Below, piece after piece: positions 1 through 13,632 of a stretch of 64,000 bases of DNA. Under the pieces are notes generated by a model. That model had not been told where the DNA came from. It worked only from the letters and a program-made list of their open reading frames with translations, and searched no databases. Source of the stretch: the human T2T-CHM13v2.0 reference genome, Homo sapiens; the NCBI RefSeq assembly GCF_009914755.1, contig NC_060927.1, one strand, 5' to 3'. The position numbers were made by a program, and so were the translations under genes. Position 1 is the stretch's first letter, and every line of letters starts with the position of its first letter.

Positions 1-269
1 ATGTTATATAGTTATTTCAGGGCCTTTGACAAGAGAAAAGATGGTGAACTGTCATATAATAACAAATTAAATATTTATTTGGTTAAGAAAAAGAAAATTT
101 GCATCTTATTTCCAAAAAGATGATTTTTAACTACATAGAAATTTGTTATATTTAAAAGCTTTAAAGATCTATATAGAGTTGAAGATCTCTTTTTAATAAT
201 GAATAAGTTCATTCTTTTGGTAATCATTTTTTTATATTCTCCTCTCATGGCCCTTTTTAATTTCAACAG

Positions 270-982
270 GCATTGGAAAAGTGAAAAGAAAACCTAGTGT
301 GCCAGATTCTGCATCTCCTGCTGATGATAGTTTTGTTGACCCAGGGGAACGTCTCTATGACCTCAACATGCCCGCTTATGTGAAATTTAACTACATGGCT
401 GAGAGAGAGGATGAATTATCATTGATAAAGGGGACAAAGGTGATCGTCATGGAGAAATGCAGTGATGGGTGGTGGCGTGGTAGCTACAATGGACAAGTTG
501 GATGGTTCCCTTCAAACTATGTAACTGAAGAAGGTGACAGTCCTTTGGGTGACCATGTGGGTTCTCTGTCAGAGAAATTAGCAGCAGTCGTCAATAACCT
601 AAATACTGGGCAAGTGTTGCATGTGGTACAGGCTCTTTACCCATTCAGCTCATCTAATGATGAAGAACTTAATTTCGAGAAAGGAGATGTAATGGATGTT
701 ATTGAAAAACCTGAAAATGACCCAGAGTGGTGGAAATGCAGGAAGATCAATGGTATGGTTGGTCTAGTACCAAAAAACTATGTTACCGTTATGCAGAATA
801 ATCCATTAACTTCAGGTTTGGAACCATCACCTCCACAGTGTGATTACATTAGGCCTTCACTCACTGGAAAGTTTGCTGGCAATCCTTGGTATTATGGCAA
901 AGTCACCAGGCATCAAGCAGAAATGGCATTAAATGAAAGAGGACATGAAGGGGATTTCCTCATTCGTGATAGTGAATCTTCG
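270..982 (+). CDS. NCK1: NCK1 penultimate coding exon (second and third SH3 domains, start of SH2)
   Basis: Acceptor tttcaacAG at 268-269, donor TCG|GTAAGT at 983. Translates GIGKVKRKP...[17 protein letters not shown]...[17 protein letters not shown]...[12 protein letters not shown]...FLIRDSES, which I recognise as NCK1. Confidence 0.98.
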
Positions 983-2659
983 GTAAGTTGATTTTCGGAG
1001 GTAAATACAAATAGAGCTCTGGGTATTTTAAAAAAAAGAGAGAGAGAAATGGAGAGGTTAAGTGGCTTCCCTAAAGTTAACCAGGTAACAAGCTGGGACG
1101 TAACATAAGCATAAATGTTCCAAAGCTAAAGTCCGCATTCTTTCTAGCTATCTATTTTGAATAAAAGAGAGCTGTGGCAGTGTTGCTACACACTGAATTA
1201 TTTCGTCTTGTCTAGTTCTGTTGATTTTGCATTCCTGATATATTTTCTGTTTCTGTTGCATTAAACTAAATGGAGAAAATGGAACACTGGCCTCTTCATT
1301 GAGAGTAGAATAATACTATAGATTAAACTGGGAAACATTTAAAAAATTGCTATGAAGGTAGTCACTGTAGTCCTTATGACATAGGAAATCCCTGAATTTA
1401 AAAAATTGATATTAAGTTTCTTCATAAATTGGTTACTTGGAAATTGGAATGCACTTTTATTATAACCTCAAAAAACCTATTTTAGCAGTGTTTGAAATGC
1501 ATTTGCAATAAAAGATAAATTATATTGCAATACTAGTAAACAATAAAACTATAAAACCATAAAAGTTGAAAAATAATATGGTTTCATGGTCTCTTTTAGA
1601 TACTGCTTAGGATATTAGAATTTGATGACACTCATTTTCCTTAAAAATGGCCTTTCTTTTTCCTTGATGAAAGATATCACTACTTTTCCATTTATTAAAT
1701 CATGGTTAATCTTGGCTTTGCGTGAGTATATTTGTACAAAAGGGAATGTGTAATTGCACAAAATTTTGAAAGAAAATGTGTGGAAGTGGGGTGTGGTGGG
1801 GAGAGAGATTAATTGAACTTCCTGATGTGAAGTTCAGGAAAATGGGGCCTGTGCCTAATCCCTCAGAAAAGCAGTTGGTTGGCAGTAGGGAAGAGTGATG
1901 ACATCCATTTTCTGTTAGTTGCCTGATCTGGCTCACTGTTTGAAACTTTGGGAGTAACTGTAGAAAAAGAGGCTTTGGGGGTTGATATAGACTGTAACAA
2001 CAACAACAAAACTAATTAAAAAGAAGATAGCTTGAATGCAGAATTGTATGTATTTTCTTGTGGGTAATTGAGTGTAGATATTAGACAAAATGCAATATAT
2101 ACCATTATTTTTAGCAGTATACTTTTTAAGGTTAGAGGTCTCAAGTAGGCATATTTTGTTTAGCCTTCACAGTGTTTTTTAAACATTTAAATTCATTGCC
2201 GATATTTAAATATTAGGATATTTATTATAAAAATTCAGACTTTAGACCATTTAAAATTGGAAGAACTACCAACATTGAGACCTGGTTCCTGCAAGGCAAC
2301 AATCACAGCTGAGAAGTCACCACTTGTTTAGATTGGTGATACACTGTCATTTCCTCTGCCCATCTACCTTTCCACTCTGACACTTATTTACATTATTCTT
2401 TTGGCTCTTGTAGGCATTTGAGTTTGTGGCCTCTCCTTAAAGTTTAGATTAATTCTCATTTGTGTATTCTTCATTTTTGGGAATTCAGCATGTTATCTCT
2501 AAGACAGCTACTGTTAGCTACACATTGAAAAGGGGTTGGGTGGGTATCTTAGACTTTCTCATGTGTTTCTCTGACTGGAGAGAAGATAGCTCTTGTTCTT
2601 CAAATATTTAACTAAAGGATTTGCTGTGGGTGTCTGCTGTTGGAGCCGTGGGTGTTAAG

Positions 2660-2850
2660 AGACTTTTGATTATGCAGGTTTGAATCCTGGCTCTGTTGTT
2701 AACTAGATGGATGATATTGGCCAAGTTATTAATAGCTTCTTTGAGACTCAGTTTTCACATGTGTAAAAAGGGTTTGTTTTGAAGAGTAAAGGAGATAATC
2801 TATGTAAATAATTTACCATGGTGCCTAGGACTTAGTAAGTGCTTAGATTT
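2660..2850 (+). mobile_element. MIR SINE relic
   Basis: MIR core-like ggtttgaatcctggctctg...ctcagttttcacatgtgtaaaaaggg...agtaagtgctta. Boundaries approximate. Confidence 0.6.
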
Positions 2851-2929
2851 TAGCTTTTAGTTTAATATAAAAATACTGATAGAGGGCTTTCAAAATGTTT
2901 ACTATATGTATCTTTTTTTTCTCTTTTAG

Positions 2930-3124
2930 CCAAATGATTTCTCAGTATCACTAAAAGCACAAGGGAAAAACAAGCATTTTAAAGTCCAACTAAAAGAGAC
3001 TGTCTACTGCATTGGGCAGCGTAAATTCAGCACCATGGAAGAACTTGTAGAACATTACAAAAAGGCACCAATTTTTACAAGTGAACAAGGAGAAAAATTA
3101 TATCTTGTCAAGCATTTATCATGA
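2930..3124 (+). CDS. NCK1: NCK1 last coding exon (C-terminal SH2)
   Basis: Polypyrimidine tract and AG at 2928-2929, phase 0. Reads [64 protein letters not shown], then TGA at 3122-3124. Absent from the ORF track; translated by hand. Confidence 0.98.
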   Translation, partial: PNDFSVSLKAQGKNKHFKVQLKETVYCIGQRKFSTMEELVEHYKKAPIFTSEQGEKLYLVKHLS

Positions 3125-3771
3125 TACTGCTGACCAGAAGTGACTGCTGTGTAGCTGTAATTTGTCATGTAATTGAAGACTGAGAAAATGTTGGGTCCAG
3201 TCGTGCTTGATTGGAAATTGTTGTTTCTAAATCTATATGAGAATTGACAATAAGTATTTTTATTATAACTCAGCCCATACATATATACTATGTATGCAGT
3301 GCATCTGCATAGAACAGTTCCTTATCCTTGGCCTTCTGTTTTATTGTTTTTTTCTTTGCTGTTTTCCCTTTGCTTCTAATATTACAGTTTTGTATTTTGT
3401 AAACAAAAATCAAATAATGCATATCAGAATCTTTATATGGAAGAAATCCTTTATTGCCTTTCCTTTGTTTCCTTGTAAAGGCACCCTGTTCTGTTATGGT
3501 TTTTCATTATATAAAATTATTATATCTATATATGACATATGCTAAAATTTCTTGGAGAGTGTTAATCTTTTCTGTGACTAAATAGCAATAATAAGTGGAA
3601 AATTAGAAATTATTTCCAGGTATTATATTTGTCACAGGCCATTGTAAATACCAAGTATATTGTGTCTGCCATAATTTTTAAAAATACATTCATTGTCTTC
3701 AGTCATACAGCAAGACACATGAGACATAGATTAGAAAACATGTTGTACAATTTTAATTTACAACTGTTGGA

Positions 3772-3777
3772 AATAAA
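3772..3777 (+). terminator. NCK1: Probable NCK1 proximal polyadenylation signal
   Basis: AATAAA about 650 nt after the stop, followed by a T-rich tract. Further AATAAA at 4748 and 5766 are possible distal sites. Confidence 0.65.
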
Positions 3778-6259
3778 AATCACTTAATTTTTTTCCAGTG
3801 CTTCTCCCTCATCTGGTTATTCAAGAAAACAAAACAGTCTCTGAGATATTTAGCTTTTCAAACTGTAAATAGATGCTCTAGTGTTATTTATTTTTTTAAT
3901 CCCACTTGTATTATTTTACCTCTAGAGCATCTTGTATTAGGACATGTTATATTTATGCCAGTGGGAAATAAGTTATGGCCAAGTTTTGCAAAAACAGGAA
4001 GCAGTGAGATACTTGTTTTTTTCTCCTCACTAAATATCAGTAATTGTCAGGAATGGTATTACCTATTTTCATTTCCTCTTTTCAGCTTTGTTTTGTTGAT
4101 TGGGACACTAAAACTGATGTATACCTGAGGAAAAAATAGAATGTGCTCATGGTTAGGGAAAATTATATTATTTTTAATTTTTTAATTTGTTTTTTAACCA
4201 AGTAGGAATTTGGGTGTATGGATAAGAGGCCAATCTGCTTCTGTAGGCTATAGAAGAAAACCAGTTGTATTTTATGGTCATAATTTGTCCCCCTATTATT
4301 CTGGAGATTTAAATTTAAGTAAAGTAGCCATCAGTATTTTAATTGAAAAATACTAAAGCCACATAACTGAGTAGGATGTCGTATGATACTTTCAACAAAT
4401 TCCCTAATGCTGCCTAAGCATATGGATGTTTTAATTCTTTGCTGTTATAAACAGATATCTAATACGCCAGAATTACTGATGGTAAAATTGAAGTTGTGTA
4501 ACTTGTGAATTTTTTTATCAATGTTTTAAATATTATTTAAATCTTAAAATCATTTAAAGACTTATGTTGCCACTGGGTGGCAGCCATGGCTTCTCCCACT
4601 AAGCAACAGAAGTGACCAAATATAATTAAGACAAATTTTCATCTCTATTACATCTGCTTTTAAAACATTTTAGTTCATATTCTATTATTTTTCTAACTCA
4701 GTACTCCTTTGTTGAGGGTAATTATTAGTAGTTAAGTTTTTAATGGAAATAAAAATCATGTATGCTTATCTTTGCTGTAAAATCAAATGAATATAAATTG
4801 AGGAAAACTTTAAATTGTTGTAGGATGACTAGTAGTAAACATCATCTTAATTTTTAACATATATTTGATGATGCTTTCCTTTTCTCTGTATGTTTCTGGG
4901 TTTTTCCCCAGTCTTCCTTATGAAAAAAATGTATGTTTGTAAAAAGAGAACAATTAATGCTTTGCATCACAGACATAAACTATTCATAGTAAACTGCACT
5001 GAGCTGATATTAATAGAGCAGACTTTTGAGAAAGTAGGAGTGTAGTAGCACTGGAAACAGAATGCAAATTTCTGTTCCATAATTAGGTTTATTGTAGCTA
5101 TAGCGCTCCCAGATAACCCATGTGTGCTAGTAATATCTATTGTGTGCTCTTACTATGGTATAAAAACCTCGCTGGAAGCTACTTATTTTGTACTTAAATA
5201 TTTTACCAATTTTTAAAAAGTCTTAATCCAATGCTTATACCAGTGACTGTTTTTATAATACTTGAAGTAACTTTAAGAACTGAAACAACCCTGGAAAACT
5301 CTACATAGCTAGATAGTAACAATACTTGTATAAGAAACCAAGTTTCCTTATTCCCAGCCTGGTGTCTGTATCGTGACACACTACTCTGTGTATGCTTGGT
5401 TTTAGACTAGGAGGAGAGTCCTGGGAAGGGCAATATTACAGAAGTTTTCTTCCACATGAGGAGAATGCTTAGTTTCAAATTTAAATACATGTGTCAGATG
5501 GAACCCTGCCTAACTCACTTCTACAAATAACTTCCCCAAAATCTTAGAAGGTTTTTTAGAACATGATATAAGCTTTGTGACAAAAACAAATGCCATTGTG
5601 TCCCTTATTTAGTCATAAAACCTTAGGATTCAGCTGAATATATATTCACACATGTATATTACACATATATCACTATACAGTTAACACATGCACCTTGCAC
5701 TATTAGTGACAAATAATACTGCTAAACAAAATAGGCTTCATGCAATCTATTGCCATTGCTAGAAGAATAAATAGGCCTAGCAGATGGGCAACTTGGGTTG
5801 TTAGAATAAGGTCATTCTTGCAGAATATGGCACTTAAATTATCTCCAGCTGTAATGTCCTACCATATAATCCAGAGGTTGCATAGAAGCAGAGTTGTCAC
5901 AGTCTCTGTAGCACGTTTGTGAGAATTCTCTAGGCAGGCCCAGCCCTTCTCTAGAAGTTTGAATTTCACTCCCACCTTGTTGCTGGGGTACCTTCTTCAG
6001 GGTACATCTAAACACAGTGGCCTTATACAGAAATGTTGTTCAACCCACACAGTGCTTTAAAAAATTAATTGCCAACATTTAAAAATCAGGGAGTTTCACA
6101 TAAAATTCAGACTTCTTGTTTCCCTTTAAAAATGAGAAGCTAATAACATGAGTTGAATTCCCACAAGTCAACAATGAGCTGGAATCTAATATGGATGGTC
6201 CTCTTATCTTTACCAGTGCACATGGTGAAAAAATTCAAACAGTATAATAAAGTCTTCTT

Positions 6260-6702
6260 TCAAGTCAAAATATAGAGACGAATCTCTGAAACGTTTTATT
6301 TGGGAAGCAAGAATTGTAATTCAGGGCATATACACAGACAGTAGTTTTTGGTATGTCTAAAGAACAGAGAAGATGGGGAGTTTTATTATAAAGAGAAATG
6401 TTACGTATGTTTTGAAAGAAAACTCATTGGTTCTAGATAAGTTTTTGGGAGGTGGCAAGCTCTGATTGGTGTGTGACAGTGATAGGTAAAACCAGTCTTA
6501 GAGTCACAGCAGGTCATTTCAGCAGCTACTAGGTAAAACTGGTCTTAGGGTTTACAGTAGTCTGTTTAAGTAGCTGGGCTTGTGGAAAACTGAGTTCTTG
6601 GAGCAGCTGCTATGTCCTTCATGTACTTTTTCCCCTTAATGCATTGAATCTGATTTGGTTGGGTATGACAATAATTACCCAATTTGTATAATTAACTTTC
6701 AC
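6260..6702 (-). mobile_element. Old ERV1-type LTR relic (MER89/MER90-like, tentative)
   Basis: The - strand begins TGTGAAAGTTAATTATACAAATTGGGTAATTATTGTCATACCCAAC, resembling old ERV1 LTR 5' ends as I recall them. Family uncertain. Confidence 0.35.
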
Positions 6703-8537
6703 ACTCCCAACCCTTATCCCCCTAGTTGAGATCTCCAGATGCAGTTTACTCTCCCTGTTTTTCCTATAACATGGAAAGTTTTGGGTTTGGAATCTGGAAA
6801 TTACCATTTTTTTCAGAAACACTCAGTTACATTGTCCAAATCAAGAAATGAGGAGTGTGGCATTACAGTACTCCCTAAGTTTTCCATTTTAATACTTTGC
6901 TAGAAGATAAGGGGTCCTTTATAATCTTGCATTTATATAGAACTTTTAACTTTCCAAATGGCTTCACAATCAAGGTCACTTTTTTTCTTAAAGGACTTTT
7001 GATATAGTATAGATGCTATCTTATGTTTTGAACACTACTGTTTTTTAAAGAATGCCAAATTACTGTTTCTGGAGAAACACATTATTAGAAGCATTGGCTT
7101 GCTACTCGATTCTGATAGGCTGGTTCTGTTAGTGTTTAGCAAGTTTTTGTGACTCAATTCTCTGCTATCTTTTAAACACTTGACAGACCAGCATGATATG
7201 CATGCCCCCACACCCTAATTTCTTGCTGTAACATGACCTAAACCAAATGACTTAGGAACTGAAATGTTTATTTCTAGTTTACTAATGAGGTGCACCTTGT
7301 ATCTGAAAGCATACATAGTTTGCTGAGATTTGTTTAATGAGTAGAACCTAGGTTAGGCTTGGTGGGGTTTTGAACAGAGGAGGAGTTTGAGCTATCAGCC
7401 ACCTTGTTCACAGAGGGAAGTGTTCTAAATTAGTGTCTTTGAGAATATTTCCTGGCGGGTTAAAAGTAGATTTCTAAGGTAGTTGCTTTAAATAAATTTC
7501 TGTGCTCAGATAATTTATATCTTTAGACTGTGGAGAAATCTTTCAGATAGCCTTCATGAAATTACTGAGACAAAAAGGTGAATTCCAGAATGAGACTGTT
7601 AAGTGTTGTCTATTTTAGGCTAAACACAGGAATGGTTATTAAATTGATATTTTTTGAGTACTTTTGAAGGAAACAGTAATCATTGAGTAAGGATGGCTTC
7701 TCTAGGAGAAGTAATATCAAACTTGATGTTTTCTAGACTTAATAGGCAAGGGGGATGTTACAGAGAACAAATTCATCAAGGCATATGATGATGTCAAGAT
7801 GCAAATATTTTTTTTAATTGTTACATCTCTATATGATTTTATGTTTAAATAGCTTTTGGAGATACTCGTAATCAATTTATCCAACCAACTCACCTCAAAT
7901 ATTTTATTGCTGAGCTGAGACTGTTCTAGCAATGTAACAGTGAAGAAAATGGACAGAGTTTTTATAAAACTTATATTTTAGTGATGTGATACGTAACGGA
8001 GAAGAGCTCTGAATTAAAATAGAACAGATTTGAGGGTTGAAGAGTGAGGGTGAGGGTGTTAATTTATATAGGATGATAAAAAGAGGCCTCTGATAAAATT
8101 GACCTTTGAGTATACTGTGTGCTCCACTTAATAGAATCACTGATGACTACGAACGACCAGTGACTGAATAAAATACAGCAACCAAAATCATTTGAAAACT
8201 ATGTGGAACTTCACTATTACAGAGCATTGTTTCTGGTTTTCAGATTTTTAATTTGACTAAAATGGTATTTTATCGAAATGTGGAACATTTAACTACAGAA
8301 GGCTATTCTGAATAAACCCTGATTCTCCATTTTAAGAGGAGTTTTTTGGGGGGATGTCAGGTAGAAAAAGATAACTACAGGAAGAGGACAGTTTGGCCGA
8401 CTTAAGGGTTCTAATTGAGCACACTCTAAGGAAACCCTGGAGGTTAAATTCCTGATGACCAGACAAACATTTGGGAGGAAATTGAAAAACTGAAGTATTT
8501 CAGAAGTGAAAAAGGAATGCAGGAGCCCTGAAAATTA

Positions 8538-8909
<372 letters not shown>

Positions 8910-10999
8910 CTAAGACAAGTGGAATTCCGCTATTTAAATTCCCTGTGTTACTTCTAAAAAGAAAAAATAGAGACACAGTGAATTCCAACTAAATGTCAGA
9001 AGTGCTACAAGACAGAACATAGATATCTAAGAATCTTAATGCAAAGGGAAGGAACTATTTTGTGTTAAGTAGGGGAAAGGAAGATTACTGGACTGTAATA
9101 ATTGACCACATAGTTCATTCAAGGACACAGGGCCTATCCTGGACTTGCACAACCCTAAGAGTGAGTGCCTCAGATTTTGCGCCCTAGGTGCTTCCCTTAA
9201 TTTTAGTCCTGGCCCTGCAGGGCACAGAGAGCTTAGGGTTCTCTTCCTTGGCCACAAAACTTCCCATCCCTCCCCACTGCCTCTACCTTTTCATAAAACC
9301 TTTTCTCTGCTTGCTTTTCCTTCCATAATTAAATATCAGAGATTTAAGTGGCAAATAGTGTAATCGAAAAAAAAATCCTATTTCTGAACTGTACCTACCT
9401 ATAGGAAATTGGTCTATTCTTCCAGCGGTTTATCTTCTGACATGGATGACCCTCCAACTCTGTGGAAGGCACCAGAAATTAACTTGAGAAGTGCAGGAAA
9501 CAGGATAGAGAATAGTTTCGTTGTGCATGTTGCATAGACAAGACATTACAACTTCTCTTTCTATAGAGGGGCACCTCAAAGCCAGAAGAGAAAGGCAAAA
9601 TCAGGGTCAGGGATTATCCAGGAATGTTAGGGGCTAGCAGGTGAGGCACAGCCCTCCAGAAGTCCTCACCCAAAGATACAGCCCAGGCAGAGGTGGGTGG
9701 TCTGAGTTACTTGTTGGGTCATGACCCAGGCTTGAAACGGATTATTGTTCAAAAAATATGACAGGCAGATGGCATTATCTCTCAGTGCCCCTTGAGGTGT
9801 GCTGAACCCAGGGCAGACTCTGTGCAATGGCTTATGAAGGATTGGCAGGCAGTACTGTCTTGCCAGAGCATTGTAGTGCTGGACAGGAGTGTCTTGACAG
9901 GGACCAATGAGCAGGTGGAGCTAACTAGCCATCGTAACACTTCAAAGTTTGGTAAACAACTCTTCTTCTCCGACAGCATAGCTAAATGATTCTTATTCTT
10001 TCCTCCATTTTCTCTGTTTACTTTCATTTTCATCTTCTTAATTCAGTCTGTATTCCCCTCTACCTTTCCATCTTTGCTCATATCATTCTCCCAAAAGGAA
10101 TGATGAACAGTGTGCCTCTCTTCCCCTCCTACCCATATCCAATTGGTACATCCGGAACCTCATATTGAGGTCTACCTATTCCCTAAAGCCTTTGCTGATC
10201 TCTTGGATCACTCCTTTGTGTCCCTCAGACACATTCCTTTGATGCTAACTGGGAGGCAGTTAAAGTGAGTGAAAAAAGCTTGGAGTTATGCAGACCTCAG
10301 TTAGAATTCCTGTTTCCATCCCTGACTAGCTCTGTGATCTACAGTAAGTTAATTTCCCTGAGCCCTGTGTTCTCACCTGAAAAGTGGAGAATCAAATCAT
10401 ATCTTACCTTGCAAGTCTGTTGTATAATATATGGACATGTATATAGTGTGTAGAAACCCTTTAGGACATTCTTGGCAGATAATAGATATCCAGTACACAT
10501 TGGCTTATATTGCTAACTTTTGACATGCTGGAACTGTGAGCAGAAGCGAACTTAGGAGAGAGGAATCAGGAAGCCAAGATGGAGAACAAAGGTAACATTG
10601 GGGACAGACGTTGAGGCCATGTATGAAGCACTCTTAAGAGGAGCAGTGAGAGACTGTACAAGCAGCTAGTGACCAGAGGTCAAAGTACAGATGTGGCCAC
10701 TGACTCACAGTGCTGGAATCAAGGAAAATATGCACCAGGTTTTCTTGACTATGGTGTGGTAAAAAGATATACAGCAATGTTTATTGTATACTTATTTTGT
10801 GCCAGATCCTGTTCTAAGTTTCACTTAATCCTCACAACAGCCCTGAGTCAGACACTATTATAATTGTTCCCAATTTTCAGATGAGAACCATAAAGCAGAT
10901 AGTTTAAATGACTTGCCTAAAGAAACACAACTAAAAAGTTGACACCAATCAACCTGAGACAAAGATTATTTATATACTAGAGACTCCCCTGCCCATATA

Positions 11000-11885
11000 A
11001 GCATCTAAGCTCAAATTTCGCAAGCTGAACATTTGCAGCCTTTTTCTATAGCACCCCCAATCCTGCCTGTCCTGACCACACTCCACCCACTTCATTATTT
11101 CACTTGAGGTGCTGCCATCCACCCAGTTACCCAAACTCAGAACCTGAAAGCCATGTTTGGCTCCTCCTCCCCAGCCCTCTTAATGCACTCAATATCCAGG
11201 AGCTATCAGTTCTATCTTCTTTATCTTTTGAATTTGGTCATTTCTCTCTGCAGACATGAGAAACCTAGTGGAAGCCAACAATGTCTGTCACCTGGATCAC
11301 TACCATAGCTCCCTCATGGCCCTCCTGCCTTCAATCTGGCCCCCTGTGCTGTTTTCTCCACCCTAGTCACAAACTTTTTAAAGCTCAAATGCAGGGAATG
11401 ACATGGTCATATTTGAGCTTTGAACCCTTCCTTTGACCTTCATTCCTCTCAGGATAAATTCCAAGCTCCTCAATAAGGCATTCAAAACTCTCTAGAATCC
11501 TGTTTCTGTCTGCCACTAAGCCCTATTTCTCGCCATTTCAACCTTGTTCTCGTGTTGCACCAAACTTCTTCTTGCTTCCTAAAAACAACATTCCTGGCTG
11601 ATTTTTTTTTTTTTCCAGAGTTTAACACCCAGTCCTGGAGTCACCTCCTCCAGGAAGCTTTCTGTAATCCTACAAACTGGGTTAGATGTTTCTTTTTAGT
11701 GATGCTATGTTTCCTTACGAATATTGCTGTCCCTTCATTTTAAAAATTGACTTATGATTATTCCCGTGTCTATCTTCTCCACTAGTTGGGAAATTCTTGT
11801 TGAGGGAATGGACTGTTGAATTCCTAAGAACTAGCACATAGTAGGCCTTCAGTGAAGGTTTCTTGAATGAATAAATAAATGACCA
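11000..11885 (+). mobile_element. L2 LINE relic
   Basis: L2-like blocks ending in gcacatagtaggcc...tgaatgaataaataaatga. Boundaries approximate. Confidence 0.55.
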
Positions 11886-12449
11886 ACTTTCCCAAGGTTA
11901 CATTGTAAGTTCTGAAACTTGAACCAAAATACATTATACTCTAGAACCCATGTTTATTCCACTATTGTATTTGCACATTAGGGTGGTTAAAGTCCTTCAA
12001 GGGCTAAATTTTAAAGGGCTAAATACTATCACAAGGTTTTTCTTCCACCTATTGAAATTGGTTTTAATTTTTCAGTAATACATTCACGTGACTCAGTAAT
12101 CAAACGATATACAAAGATATTCAGTTAAAAGTCTTGTTCCCATTTTTCTCTTCCACCTTTCCAATTCCCACTTTCTCTGCCCCAAGGTAACCAATCTTGT
12201 TCATTTCTTATATCTTTAGTTTTTCTTTTTGCAAATGCATGCAAATATGAAGCTATATATTATTCTTTACCCTCCTGACTTTTAGAAGGGTATTTTAAAT
12301 TTTTTCAAATATCTCTAGTTTTTCTGAAGTGGGTACATATTAGTAAAAAGAGCTAGTCAGTACCCAGCTTGAATGAACTCACAGAGAGAAACTTGGAAGA
12401 GGACAGCTATTTAATGAGGGAGGGAGATAATCCTGCCTGCTCATTGGCT

Positions 12450-12774
12450 TTTAGGGAGGTGCAGAGTCCTTTAGGACAGAGCCTGTGGTCCGGGTATTGC
12501 TCATAGGCAGATTCTCAAGCTCCCCAAAGTTACATTTTCTCTGGAACTCTCCTAGGCCACTCCCTGCTGATGCAACATCTGGGTTTGGGCAGAAAGGAGG
12601 GTGCTTCGGAGCCCGCCCTTTCTGAGCTTCCTGGGCCGGCTCTAGAACAATTCAGGCTTCGCTGCGACTCAGACCTCAGCTCCAACATATGCATTCTGAA
12701 GAAAGATGGCTGAGATGGACAGAATGCTTTATTTTGGAAAGAAACAATGTTCTAGGTCAAACTGAGTCTACCAA
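12450..12774 (+). promoter_or_regulatory. IL20RB: IL20RB proximal promoter / 5'UTR
   Basis: Repeat-free sequence with a few CpGs and a GC-box-like CCCGCCC (12612) directly upstream of the ATG. The exact TSS cannot be determined from sequence. Confidence 0.6.
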
Positions 12775-12862
12775 ATGCAGACTTTCACAATGGTTCTAGA
12801 AGAAATCTGGACAAGTCTTTTCATGTGGTTTTTCTACGCATTGATTCCATGTTTGCTCACAG
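12775..12862 (+). CDS. IL20RB: IL20RB exon 1 (signal peptide)
   Basis: ATG...MQTFTMVLEEIWTSLFMWFFYALIPCLLT-G, then donor |GTAAGT. 88 nt, phase 1. Confidence 0.95.
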
Positions 12863-13571
12863 GTAAGTATGAATTAGAATACATCCAATAGTTTGGGCCT
12901 TGAATATAGGTTAAGAAGGCAAAAAATACTTTCCCAGGGCCTGGGGTTGAAATATGTGTATAGAATATCGTATATCTGTTTTACAAAAGATTTATCACCT
13001 CCTAAACCTCTATTCCCACATCCCAAAGAAAAGGCCTGCATTCTGTTTGGAAATCTCTCTTCTTAATGTCCACACAACAATCTAGAAAGAGAAATCATCA
13101 AAATAAATAAAAGCAGAGCTCTGTGCACTTTGTTACTTATCTCATCGTCTGGTTTTATATAGTGCAATGTAGTTCTTTCAGACTTACTGTGTGTGTCTTG
13201 GAGATGTTAACTGTAAGAACAAATTAAAACAAAGATTCTAGCAAAATACACATGAATAAAAAGACAATTTGTGAGCTTAACATTGGATACAAGACTTATA
13301 AAAATTGGATTTCTGTACTGGTCATTGAAGAAAAGGTACTCCATAGCATTCTAAAAAATATTTGGTTTGGGACATTTCCCCTGCCAGTGAGATTACATAA
13401 TTTTCTCTGCTCCACTCCTGGTTGCTTGTACCTATCTGCTTTATTGTCTTAAAATTGGAACTCCGTAGCCTTTGATGTTTGTTCATGTCAAATCACGTTT
13501 AAGAGAAACTTCTAATTTTGATACTCCAAGACACTAGGCACTTTGCAGTGTTGATGGGAGCCTTGAGTACT

Positions 13572-13572
13572 T

Positions 13573-13607
<35 letters not shown>

Positions 13608-13632
13608 GTCTCACTCTCTGTGTGTGTGTGTG
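13572..13632 (+). repeat. (CT)n/(GT)n compound microsatellite
   Basis: Seen directly. Confidence 0.9.

Noticed and set aside
2130-6190. Similarity between ~2160-2300, ~6040-6180 and (inverted) ~63090-63140
   Set aside because: Best explained as independent copies of an old hAT-type (MER103-like) repeat, not a local duplication.
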